From assembly GCA_963675745.2 (NCBI GenBank), contig CAXXWX010000010.1, positions 126,563 through 190,562 of the forward strand: 64,000 nt of DNA, read 5' to 3'. This DNA is from Phycisphaerae bacterium. Its GTDB lineage: Bacteria > Planctomycetota > Phycisphaerae > UBA1845 > Fen-1342. This document shows positions 10,255 to 17,991 of this stretch, piece after piece. Positions within the stretch are counted from its first letter, which is position 1; every line of letters starts with the position of its first letter. Made by a program: the position numbers and the translations under genes. The notes beneath the pieces were generated by a model. That model worked only from the letters and a program-made list of their open reading frames with translations. It did no database searches and was not told where the DNA came from.

Positions 10255-10578
10255 CTATGCGAATATCCCGTGTAGATACCACCTGTTTTCATTAAGCGCC
10301 CGGAAAATCCAGAATTGCTCGCCGGTGTCGGTTTCAACACGAAAATAGTCGCGACGAACATCGGAGCTACGCCACCAGGCTGTTTCAACGCGTTCGGGGC
10401 CCACCGATCGTGTGATGATGTGCTCGCGACCCTGATGACAAAACCACGTGGGCGGACCGGCGGGCATCAAGGCGATCACGCGTATTGGAAGCGGCTTGGA
10501 AAAGAGCTTCGTCGGCCGCGCCCCTGCGGCACCCGGCCCTCTGGGATAAGGTGTTGACGTGGGTGATGGCACCATCAC
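10255..10578 (-). CDS. C-terminal ImuB domain, encoded in a separate frame from the rest of imuB
   Basis: RPTKLF..P.PIRV..GPP..GPERVETAWW..RDYFRVE..FWIFR..WYLHGIF is the usual ImuB C-terminus. Confidence 0.75.
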   Translation of the reverse strand: MMVPSPTSTPYPRGPGAAGARPTKLFSKPLPIRVIALMPAGPPTWFCHQGREHIITRSVGPERVETAWWRSSDVRRDYFRVETDTGEQFWIFRALNENRWYLHGIFA

Positions 10579-12050
10579 CGGTCTCCCGCTGCGGGCCGCG
10601 AAGCCGGTGGCCGGCCAGCGGTCGTAAATCGCCGGGGATACTCCACCCGTTCGGAGGGTTGGGGACGGAATCGAAGGTGGGAGGTTGGCTTAAGGAACAG
10701 TCCGCCCACCAGCCCTCGAACGGATGGGGTACCCTCTGTGCAATGGCGGTTTTCCGGATCATCCGGCGCAGTGACCGCTGTTTTCTCGCTGATCTCGGGC
10801 GGCGTGTCGGCGGCGCCGTCTTCAGCCGAATCATCTCGAGCTTTGCAACCGGCTACCGACACCGGGACGTAATTGAACGAGAATTCGGGTTGGTGATCAT
10901 CGACCAACTGTGGTCGAACAACTGCATCAGGTCCCAACCGGTTCGCCAGTCGGTCAATCAGGCAGCCCAGATCTTCATCGGCTCGTGGATCGTGGTACTC
11001 GAAAAGGTCGCCCTGGCCGGGTTGCCATCGGGCGGTCCGGCGTGCGAGCAGTAAGAGACCGGTGATGCCGGAGCCGAGATCACTCGACTCGATCCGACCG
11101 CGTATTAACTCGTCGATGTGCTGCCAGGCGCGCGACGGGCGGGACAGATTTACCCGCAACGTAACCGGTGGCGCATGTTCGTGATAAACTACCAGCTCCA
11201 GGCACTGCACGCCCAATCCGCATCGCTGAAGCTGGTCGGCGATTTCATCGAGCATCTGCCGTGCCAGCGCGGGAAGCGGGCGCGCATCTGTGATTGGAGC
11301 TTCGAAGCTCAATCGCGTGGCCGGTAACGGTTTGTACGGCTGGGCGACAAGTGGCTCGATAGTCTCGCCGAGCGCTTGCCGCAAACGCTTGACCAACCCT
11401 TGACCAAAGCGGGCCGGCAATGATGCGCGGGGCAGATCCAACAAGCCGCCGATTGTGCGAATGCCCAGCGTAAGCAGTTTTTCGAGTGTGCCGTCATCGA
11501 GACGTAAGGCGGCCGGCGGTAACGGCGCGAGGTGGGCACTGATCTGACCCGCCGACACAACCGTTGTCTCACTCGGGCCGGTAGTCGCCAGTGCGTACGC
11601 GGCGCCGACGGTGTCGGCGATAGCCACCCGCGCGCTGAACCCCCGGTGTGCCAGGCCGTGGTACGCCTGATGCGCGATGTTCTCCTCTCCTCCGAAGAGC
11701 TGTTTACAGCCGGTGATATCGACCAGCACACAATCAGGCTCATAGGGCTGAACGGTCGGGCTGAAACGCAAAGCCCAGTTGGCCAACCCGCGAAGCTGTT
11801 GACGATCACGAGCGGGGTCAAACGGCAGTGCCATCAACTGTGGCACGGTTGCCTGTGCCTGCCCCAGTGAGACGCCGGCTTCGATTCCGCCGGCACGGGC
11901 CCGCGGGCAGCGACGCGCCACCACCTGTGACTGGTTGACCCGCTCGACAAGCACCAGCGGGCGTCGCGCGTCAGCCGGCGCTATGGCGTTGTCGCACCGC
12001 AACAGGTCGGTCGACAGGTATGGCAGATGCAGGCACAGCACCCGGCGCAT
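10575..12050 (-). CDS. imuB: ImuB, inactive Y-family polymerase homolog (N-terminal part)
   Basis: MRRVLCLHLP, WALRFSPTV, LVDITGCKQLFGGE, ARVAIADTVGAAYALA and LIDRLANRLG; directly downstream of imuA. Confidence 0.85.
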   Translation of the reverse strand: MRRVLCLHLPYLSTDLLRCDNAIAPADARRPLVLVERVNQSQVVARRCPRARAGGIEAGVSLGQAQATVPQLMALPFDPARDRQQLRGLANWALRFSPTVQPYEPDCVLVDITGCKQLFGGEENIAHQAYHGLAHRGFSARVAIADTVGAAYALATTGPSETTVVSAGQISAHLAPLPPAALRLDDGTLEKLLTLGIRTIGGLLDLPRASLPARFGQGLVKRLRQALGETIEPLVAQPYKPLPATRLSFEAPITDARPLPALARQMLDEIADQLQRCGLGVQCLELVVYHEHAPPVTLRVNLSRPSRAWQHIDELIRGRIESSDLGSGITGLLLLARRTARWQPGQGDLFEYHDPRADEDLGCLIDRLANRLGPDAVVRPQLVDDHQPEFSFNYVPVSVAGCKARDDSAEDGAADTPPEISEKTAVTAPDDPENRHCTEGTPSVRGLVGGLFLKPTSHLRFRPQPSERVEYPRRFTTAGRPPASRPAAGDR

Positions 12051-13215
12051 CGGGAAACTCCATCGCAAACGGTTCGCCGGGTATTCCTTCCCGCAGCTTG
12101 AGCACCGTTACCAACATGCGGCGCGCCTCCGCGCGGCCTTTCAGGGGATCAAACCGCAGTCGAGTGGCGGCGAACGTTTTCCCACCAACATCATTACAGC
12201 GCAACAACAAGCCCAGGCCCGCGCCGGCCTCGGCGGCCAGTTGCAGACGCCGGGAAAGCCGCATATCCAGCTTGCGAACCGTGGCGACCACGGCACCGAA
12301 CGCGCGGCAGCGCAGACTCTGTTCACAGACCCACAACACATCGGCGTGACGATGCGCGCGGATGATGAGCAAGCGCCCCAGCGGCATTCCAAGCAGTTTC
12401 GCCGCGGGCGGGTAAAAATCCTCCGCGGCATCGATGTACATGATCCAGCGTCCGGTTGGCGTGGCCTGGATCGCGGTGTGCAGTACCAGCGAGTGTACCG
12501 CTACCCCGGCACTACCAGCGACGAACTCGTGGACCGCTCCGCGGACAAACCCACCACCAAGGACGGCGTCGAGCGGTGGAAAACCGCTGGGGCAACGCTC
12601 GGTTGACGGACGATAGTGTTCCCTCAAACGGTCAATCCGTCGCTGTAGTTCGGCAAGCTGTGAATCACCCGGCTTGGTGATCCTGTGCGTAAGCCCGCTG
12701 GCGGCTGACGGGGCGGTGGGTCGAAAACCCGTAACGACCTGAGTCCCTGCAACGGCCGATGTCTTTGTCGGACGTGGGACGCCGGTACGCGCACGAACGC
12801 GCGGCGGCTTTGGATCGCACTGCTCAAGAGCAGTGGCACACGTCTCAGTAGCGGCCTGCGCCTCGCAGGCCGTTGGCGTTAAGCAGGCTTTCCCATGTTC
12901 GACGGCCGGCGGGGCGCCGGCCGCTACATTTGTGGGACCGACTACATTTGTGTGGCCGACTGCATTTGTGGGACCGGCTACACTTGTGGGACCGGCTTCC
13001 AGCCGGTCAGGTCGGTCAGGTCGGTCAGGTCGGTCAGGTTGGTCAGGTTGGTCAGGTCGGTCCAGTCGGTCAGGCCGGCCAACGAGAATGTCGGTCGCTG
13101 CATTACCTTGCGCCGTCCGCGATTTCCGCGCCGGATTATTGACGATGCGCGAATCGCTCAAATTGTCAGCGCACCAGAGGCGCTTGGCCGATTGTCGGCA
13201 CACAGACGACGACAT
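11971..13215 (-). CDS. imuA: ImuA (RecA/SulA-like) with a long low-complexity N-terminal extension; start uncertain
   Basis: SGFPPLDAVLGGGFVRGAVHE, FYPPA, WVCEQSLRC and RRLQLAAEAG motifs. Confidence 0.8.
   Translation of the reverse strand: MSSSVCRQSAKRLWCADNLSDSRIVNNPARKSRTAQGNAATDILVGRPDRLDRPDQPDQPDRPDRPDRPDRLEAGPTSVAGPTNAVGHTNVVGPTNVAAGAPPAVEHGKACLTPTACEAQAATETCATALEQCDPKPPRVRARTGVPRPTKTSAVAGTQVVTGFRPTAPSAASGLTHRITKPGDSQLAELQRRIDRLREHYRPSTERCPSGFPPLDAVLGGGFVRGAVHEFVAGSAGVAVHSLVLHTAIQATPTGRWIMYIDAAEDFYPPAAKLLGMPLGRLLIIRAHRHADVLWVCEQSLRCRAFGAVVATVRKLDMRLSRRLQLAAEAGAGLGLLLRCNDVGGKTFAATRLRFDPLKGRAEARRMLVTVLKLREGIPGEPFAMEFPDAPGAVPASAIPVDRPVAVRQRHSAG
12924..12995. repeat. Tandem repeat, 4 x 18 bp (consensus CTACATTTGTGGGACCGR)
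   Basis: Read directly from the sequence; encodes VxGPTN-like repeats in the imuA frame. Confidence 0.9.
12986..13008 (+). repeat. GTRG-type REP-like hairpin
   Basis: GTGG followed by GACCGGCT-TCC-AGCCGGTC, a perfect 8-bp stem. Confidence 0.55.
13004..13075. repeat. Tandem repeat, 8 x 9 bp (consensus YGGTCAGGT)
   Basis: Read directly from the sequence; encodes PDR/PDQ repeats in the imuA frame. Confidence 0.9.
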
Positions 13216-13273
13216 GATCAGTTCCCACTGATAGAAATCAGCAAATCACGTGGCATCACGCCCGATCACCACA

Positions 13274-13331
13274 TACCTAACATAACCCGAAAATAAATGG
13301 AAAGCAAATGCAATTCGGAATTTGTTAGGTA
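13274..13331. promoter_or_regulatory. Inverted pair of 18-bp boxes upstream of imuA, candidate SOS/LexA-type operators
   Basis: TACCTAACATAACCCGAA versus the reverse complement of the right arm, TACCTAACAAATTCCGAA (15/18 identical), 22-bp spacer, in an AT-rich patch. Confidence 0.45.
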
Positions 13332-13447
13332 AATCGTCTCGCGGATTATTCCACGCCCGCTAGAAAGGGAAAGTTCGCCCCCAAAGCGCCTATCAACCGG
13401 CTATTGAACGCTTTTCAAGTCGGACATCGGCGGTGCCGGGCCGGCGA

Positions 13448-13885
13448 TCAGTGATGATCCTCATGCCCCACGCCGGCCGGAGCAACCACGTAAATGTAGC
13501 GCATGATCTCGGTGCCCGTGTTGAACACGTTGTGCCGCGTTTGCGGCGGATTGTACGCGTATTGTCCGGCGGCAAGCGGGCGCCGTGGGCCGTCGCCGCA
13601 CGCCACTTCGCCGGCACCGGCCAGGCAGATAATCATCTCTTCGTAGTTCTCGGTGCTGTGCCAGCCGCAATCCTTGCCCGGCTCCAGAACCACGAATCCG
13701 GATCGCATCCCGACGGTGTCCGTCTTGCCCAGCAGACGGGCCGGTTCCTGCGTGTCCGGCACAGACCGGACAAAGCCCTCGCGCTGAGGAGTCTGGCTCA
13801 TTTGTGGTCCTCTTTCCGTACAGCCCAAAGCCGCCACAATCGGCAGCACGCCCACGATACACAACAAGCACTTCCCACGGTTCAT
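13448..13885 (-). CDS. Cupin-domain protein, probable lipoprotein, with a His-rich tail
   Basis: LEPGKDCGWHSTENYEEMI..G.G and YNPPQTRHNVFNTG cupin motifs; ALGC lipobox-like; C-terminal HEDHH. Confidence 0.75.
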   Translation of the reverse strand: MNRGKCLLCIVGVLPIVAALGCTERGPQMSQTPQREGFVRSVPDTQEPARLLGKTDTVGMRSGFVVLEPGKDCGWHSTENYEEMIICLAGAGEVACGDGPRRPLAAGQYAYNPPQTRHNVFNTGTEIMRYIYVVAPAGVGHEDHH

Positions 13886-13941
13886 CTGCCAGCCTTCCCG
13901 CACTGCCCGGTCTTTCCGCACCCAGCGGGCGCGGCTTTCGT

Positions 13942-14361
13942 TCAGCGCAAAGCCTCTCCTGTTGTTGCCATACTCACCGATGCGTGGAGTACGCCACGCT
14001 GTTTGCCCATTTCGTCGGCCAGCCGCTGGATGCGGGCGCGCTTGCCGCGCACCATGATCATCTCGGCACACATTTCGTGCGACAGATGCACATGCGTCGA
14101 AGCGAGGATGTGCTCGGCGTGCTGGTGCTGGATATCAACCAGACGATCGAGCAGTTCACGCGCATGGTGGTCATACACCAGCGTGATCGTCGCCACGACG
14201 TCCTGGCGCGCATCCGCCCACTCCTGCTGGACGACGCGCTGTCGGATGAGGTCCCGCACGAATTCCGAACGGTTGGTGTACCGGCTGCCGCGGGCCAGTC
14301 GCTCGAGTTGCTGCGCCAAGCTCGCTTCCAACGAGATGCTGATACGCACCAGATCGGACAT
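13942..14361 (-). CDS. nikR: Nickel-responsive regulator NikR
   Basis: RHH domain RISISL..YTNRSEFVRDLIR; YDHH and HVHLSHEMCAE nickel ligands; divergent from the ECF transporter. Confidence 0.95.
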   Translation of the reverse strand: MSDLVRISISLEASLAQQLERLARGSRYTNRSEFVRDLIRQRVVQQEWADARQDVVATITLVYDHHARELLDRLVDIQHQHAEHILASTHVHLSHEMCAEMIMVRGKRARIQRLADEMGKQRGVLHASVSMATTGEALR

Positions 14362-14475
14362 CCACCTATCCTCACACGATCACCCGCAACCTGGTCGCGG
14401 CGCAGCCCGATGACCAGGCGTCTAATACCACCCACGCGGCAAGCACACATCGCATCCGCCGAACGGCGCCGCTGC

Positions 14476-14520
14476 TTGACTAGAGCCGGGCATAATATTA
14501 CGATTTTGAAGTACGTATTA
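14476..14520 (+). promoter_or_regulatory. Sigma70 promoter with overlapping NikR-type operator
   Basis: TTGACT (14476), 17 bp, TACGAT (14499); TATTA-N15-TATTA at 14496-14520 overlaps the -10 element. Confidence 0.65.
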
Positions 14521-14661
14521 CCAGGGAATGGTCCGCCGTATTCCGGATCTGCGCCGCGCACGCCCCGGGCGGGGCTGTTCGCGCACCCTTCAGGGTCGTG
14601 TTTGACCCTGTCGTGGTGGTCCGGCTTATGAGAAACCCCACAATCGAAAAGGTGACGCCGC

Positions 14662-15627
14662 ATGCACATCCCCGATGGCTTCCTGGATGGTAAGACGGCC
14701 GTGGCGACCGGGGCCCTGGCTGTGACGGGGTTGGCGGTTGCACTGCGGCACGCCCGGGTACACCTGCCGCCGCGCAGCGTACCGCTGCTGGGTCTGGCGG
14801 CGGCTTTTGTGTTTTCCGCTCAGATGATCAACTTCCCTGTGGGCGGTGGCACCTCGGGCCACCTGATCGGAGGCGTGCTGGTGGGCGCGCTGCTGGGGCC
14901 GAGTGCCGCCGTCATCGTCATCTCGGCGGTACTGATCGTGCAGTGTCTGATGTTCGCGGATGGCGGCATCTCGGCGTTGGGCGCCAACATCTTCAACATG
15001 GGGCTGATCGGCGGCGTCGGCGGGTGGGCGATCTATAATGGCGTGAGCCGCACGGTCAAGGGGCTTTTCGGCTGCGTACTGGCCGCCGCCTTCGCCGCCT
15101 GGTGCAGCACGGTGCTGGCCTCTGTTGCCTGTGCCGGTGAACTGGCTGCTTCTCACACTGTTGGCTGGTCGGTGGTTCTGCCGGCAATGGCTGGTACTCA
15201 TATGTTCATCGGCATCGGCGAGGGGCTGATCACGGCGCTGGTGCTGGCGGCCATCGCGCGCACGCGCCCGGAGTTGCTCCGGCCGGCCGCCGCGCCGGAG
15301 CTGAAGCCGGCTTACGGTACACTGGTGGTTTATGGTGCGCTGCTCGCATTCGGGCTGGCGTTGTTCGCCTCGCCGTTTGCTTCGCAATCGCCGGACGGCT
15401 TTGACAAGACGGCGGAAGTGCTCGGCTTCAGCGACCGGGCCGCCGAGTCGGTCGTCCCCGCGCCGATTCCTGATTACGAGATGCCCTGGATTCACTGGAG
15501 TGTGCTCAGCACGGCCGTGGCGGGGGCCGTGGGAACGGCGGTTATGTTCGTGCTGGCGTGGTTGCTGGCGCGCATGCTGGTGCCGGTGACCAACCGCGGA
15601 GATGCCACCACGCCGCAAGCGCTGTAA
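14662..15627 (+). CDS. nikM: ECF Ni/Co transporter substrate component NikM/CbiM fused to a PDGLE-type (NikN-like) domain
   Basis: N-terminal MHIPDGFL, GTSGHLIGG and FADGGISALGANIFNM; C-terminal SPFASQSPDGFD..APIPDY. Confidence 0.92.
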   Translation: MHIPDGFLDGKTAVATGALAVTGLAVALRHARVHLPPRSVPLLGLAAAFVFSAQMINFPVGGGTSGHLIGGVLVGALLGPSAAVIVISAVLIVQCLMFADGGISALGANIFNMGLIGGVGGWAIYNGVSRTVKGLFGCVLAAAFAAWCSTVLASVACAGELAASHTVGWSVVLPAMAGTHMFIGIGEGLITALVLAAIARTRPELLRPAAAPELKPAYGTLVVYGALLAFGLALFASPFASQSPDGFDKTAEVLGFSDRAAESVVPAPIPDYEMPWIHWSVLSTAVAGAVGTAVMFVLAWLLARMLVPVTNRGDATTPQAL

Positions 15628-15638
15628 TAGAGCACCGG

Positions 15639-16250
15639 ATGCGACACGACTTCCTGGACCGCTACAGCCGGCTGGATTCTTCCATCCATCGCCTGCACGC
15701 TGGGGTGAAGCTCGCGGCGGCCCTGGCGGTGGTTGTGACGGCGCTGCTGGTGCCACCCTCTCGGCCAATCTGCTTGGGCGTCGTGGCTGTCTTTCTGCTC
15801 GCCGTTGCGGGATTCAGTCGGATTCCGTGGGTCTTCCTGCTCCGCCGGTTGCTCCTGCTGGAACCCTTCGTGCTGGGTGTGGCGCTGCTGGCGCTGTTCC
15901 AGCCGGACGGATGGCGGCTGTTCCTCTTCCTGGTCGCCAAGTGCACCCTCTGCCTGCTGGCCATGATCCTGTTGTCCAACACGACTCCGTTTTCGGATCT
16001 GTTGCGCGTGTTGAAGGCTGCGCGAATGCCGGCGTTGCTGGTGACGACGTTGTCGCTTATGTACCGGTACCTGTTCGTGCTGGTGGACGAAGCCCAGCGC
16101 ATGAAGCGGGCGCGGCTGAGCCGCACGTTCTCACCCCGCCAAAGCCGGAACTGGCGCACGCTTGCCACCGTCATTAGCCAGTTGTTCATTCGCAGCAGCG
16201 AGCGCGCCGAACGAATCTACGCCGCCATGTGCGCCCGGGGGTGGCGGTGA
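15639..16250 (+). CDS. nikQ: ECF transporter transmembrane component NikQ/CbiQ
   Basis: SIHRLHAGVKL, MYRYLFVLVDEAQRM..AR.SR and RAERIYAAM.ARG. Confidence 0.9.
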   Translation: MRHDFLDRYSRLDSSIHRLHAGVKLAAALAVVVTALLVPPSRPICLGVVAVFLLAVAGFSRIPWVFLLRRLLLLEPFVLGVALLALFQPDGWRLFLFLVAKCTLCLLAMILLSNTTPFSDLLRVLKAARMPALLVTTLSLMYRYLFVLVDEAQRMKRARLSRTFSPRQSRNWRTLATVISQLFIRSSERAERIYAAMCARGWR

Positions 16251-16996
16251 GCGCGGCCATCGAAATCAGAGACCTGCACTTCCGCTACGGTGAAGGCACG
16301 GCCGCGCTGCGCGGCGTCAGCTTCTCTGTCGCCGAAGGCGAGTGTGTTGGGCTGATCGGTCCCAACGGCGCCGGCAAGAGCACGTTGCTACTGCACCTGA
16401 ACGGTTTGCTGCCCGAATCCTGGACGGGCGTGAGCGCCGTGCTGGTGGGGGGGCGCGCGCTCACCAAGGAGAGCCTGCCCGAGGTTCGTCGCCAGGTGGG
16501 GCTGCTCTTCCAGGATCCCAACGATCAGCTCTTTTGCCCCACGGTATTCGAGGACGTCGCGTTTGGTCCTCAACAACTTGGCCTTGGCCGGGCCGAGATT
16601 CGTGAGCGCGTCGGGCGAGCGCTCGACCAGGCCGGGCTGCCGGGGTTTGAGGAGCGTGCTCCCCACCACCTGAGTGTCGGCGAGAAGCGTCGCGTTTGCC
16701 TGGCGGGTCTGTTGGCTTGCGATCCGTCGATTCTGGTGCTGGACGAACCCACGAGCAGCCTCGATCCGAAGGGCCGCCGGGATATCAAGGAGCTGCTGCG
16801 GCGGATTCCCATCACCAAGCTCATCGCCACCCACGATCTGGAGTTTGTGGTTGAGTTGTGCTCACGCGTGATCGTGCTGGACGGGGGCACCGTCGTGGCT
16901 GAAGGGCCGACGGTCGAGCTGCTCTCGAATGAGGAGCTGATGCGGCGCCACAGCCTGGAATGCCCCCACGTCCTGCGTCATCTGCACCCGCACTGA
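16247..16996 (+). CDS. nikO: ECF transporter ATPase NikO/CbiO
   Basis: GPNGAGKST, FQDPNDQLF, LSVGEKRR and LDEPT; GTGA overlap with nikQ. Confidence 0.92.
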   Translation: MSAAIEIRDLHFRYGEGTAALRGVSFSVAEGECVGLIGPNGAGKSTLLLHLNGLLPESWTGVSAVLVGGRALTKESLPEVRRQVGLLFQDPNDQLFCPTVFEDVAFGPQQLGLGRAEIRERVGRALDQAGLPGFEERAPHHLSVGEKRRVCLAGLLACDPSILVLDEPTSSLDPKGRRDIKELLRRIPITKLIATHDLEFVVELCSRVIVLDGGTVVAEGPTVELLSNEELMRRHSLECPHVLRHLHPH

Positions 16997-17042
16997 AGCG
17001 AACACGTGACCCAAGTTCCGGTGAGCTTGGTCTCCGGTTGCC

Positions 17043-17798
17043 CTATTCCCTTACGTGATTGAGACGTTGCTGGAATTCCTCGTACGCGACCGGCTCCACC
17101 GTGATCAGTCCGGGCACGCGATCAAAGAGTGCGTCCTGGACCATGGCCAGCATCGCCATGCGATAGCGCTCAGCGTCGGCGGCGCTCACCGAATCCGGAT
17201 CATGATCGAAAGCCAGCTCGATCTTCCACAAACTGTCCATGGCGTCATGACCGATCAGCAGGTGCTTGCGATACACGACACGGACGGCGGCTCGCGCCGG
17301 CGGGTAGGCAATGTAGTAGTGGTATTCACGCCGCGGCGCCGTGATCGAATCGTCGATGAAATACTGGCTGCGCTCAGGGTCCGCGCGGCGGCTACAGCCG
17401 AGCACGAACGCGATCACATCACTGACCGTATGATCACGGCTGCTGATCAACAGAAAACCGCCACGCTCCGGCGGCGCGTCGCCCTCAGAAAGTGCATCAA
17501 CGACTTTCCCGGCGATGCGAAAGCCGCCGGCGCCGCACAGGCACACATGCCCGAGCTGGGCACAGACGTCGTCGAACTCAACCGCTACCGTTTCCACGTT
17601 TTCAGGATAGCTCCCCGCGAGCACGCCGTGGTCGTAGTGGAACGTGATCGGCGGCACGGTACTGACATAGGCGTGTCGCTCGTGCCAGCGGGTGGCAAGC
17701 GCCGGCCGCGGCGTGTGGCAGCCGGCCAGGCAGATTGCCGCCATGACGACCACGCCGGTGCAAGCTGTCTCCATTGCTCTTGTGATGTGGATTGGCAC
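17043..17798 (-). CDS. Hypothetical lipoprotein with an FmdE-like GHxC motif
   Basis: AGGAGG RBS; LAGC lipobox; DDVCAQLGHVCLCGAGGFR..AL..PERG resembles FmdE-like proteins. Confidence 0.55.
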   Translation of the reverse strand: MPIHITRAMETACTGVVVMAAICLAGCHTPRPALATRWHERHAYVSTVPPITFHYDHGVLAGSYPENVETVAVEFDDVCAQLGHVCLCGAGGFRIAGKVVDALSEGDAPPERGGFLLISSRDHTVSDVIAFVLGCSRRADPERSQYFIDDSITAPRREYHYYIAYPPARAAVRVVYRKHLLIGHDAMDSLWKIELAFDHDPDSVSAADAERYRMAMLAMVQDALFDRVPGLITVEPVAYEEFQQRLNHVRE

Positions 17799-17991
17799 GC
17801 ATTCACCTCCTGTCGCGGCCTGTGGCCGGCCGCTGGGGTCCCGTGTGGTGGATCATGGCTACGATAATGCCGCCAACACGAACTCGTCAAAGGGGGGCGA
17901 GTGGCATTGCGAGCACTGCCACGCGGCGCGTGCCAACATGTCATTGTGCGGAGGTGTGTTACAATGTGCGCACGCGCTCAAGGAGGTCATC

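Noticed and set aside
12924..13075. Possible CRISPR array
   Set aside because: The repeats are contiguous 9- and 18-bp units with no unique spacers, and there are no cas genes.
13342..13351. CGGATTATTC, resembling the IS1380 end
   Set aside because: Only a ~10-bp match about 19 kb from the element, with no transposase remnant beside it; likely chance.
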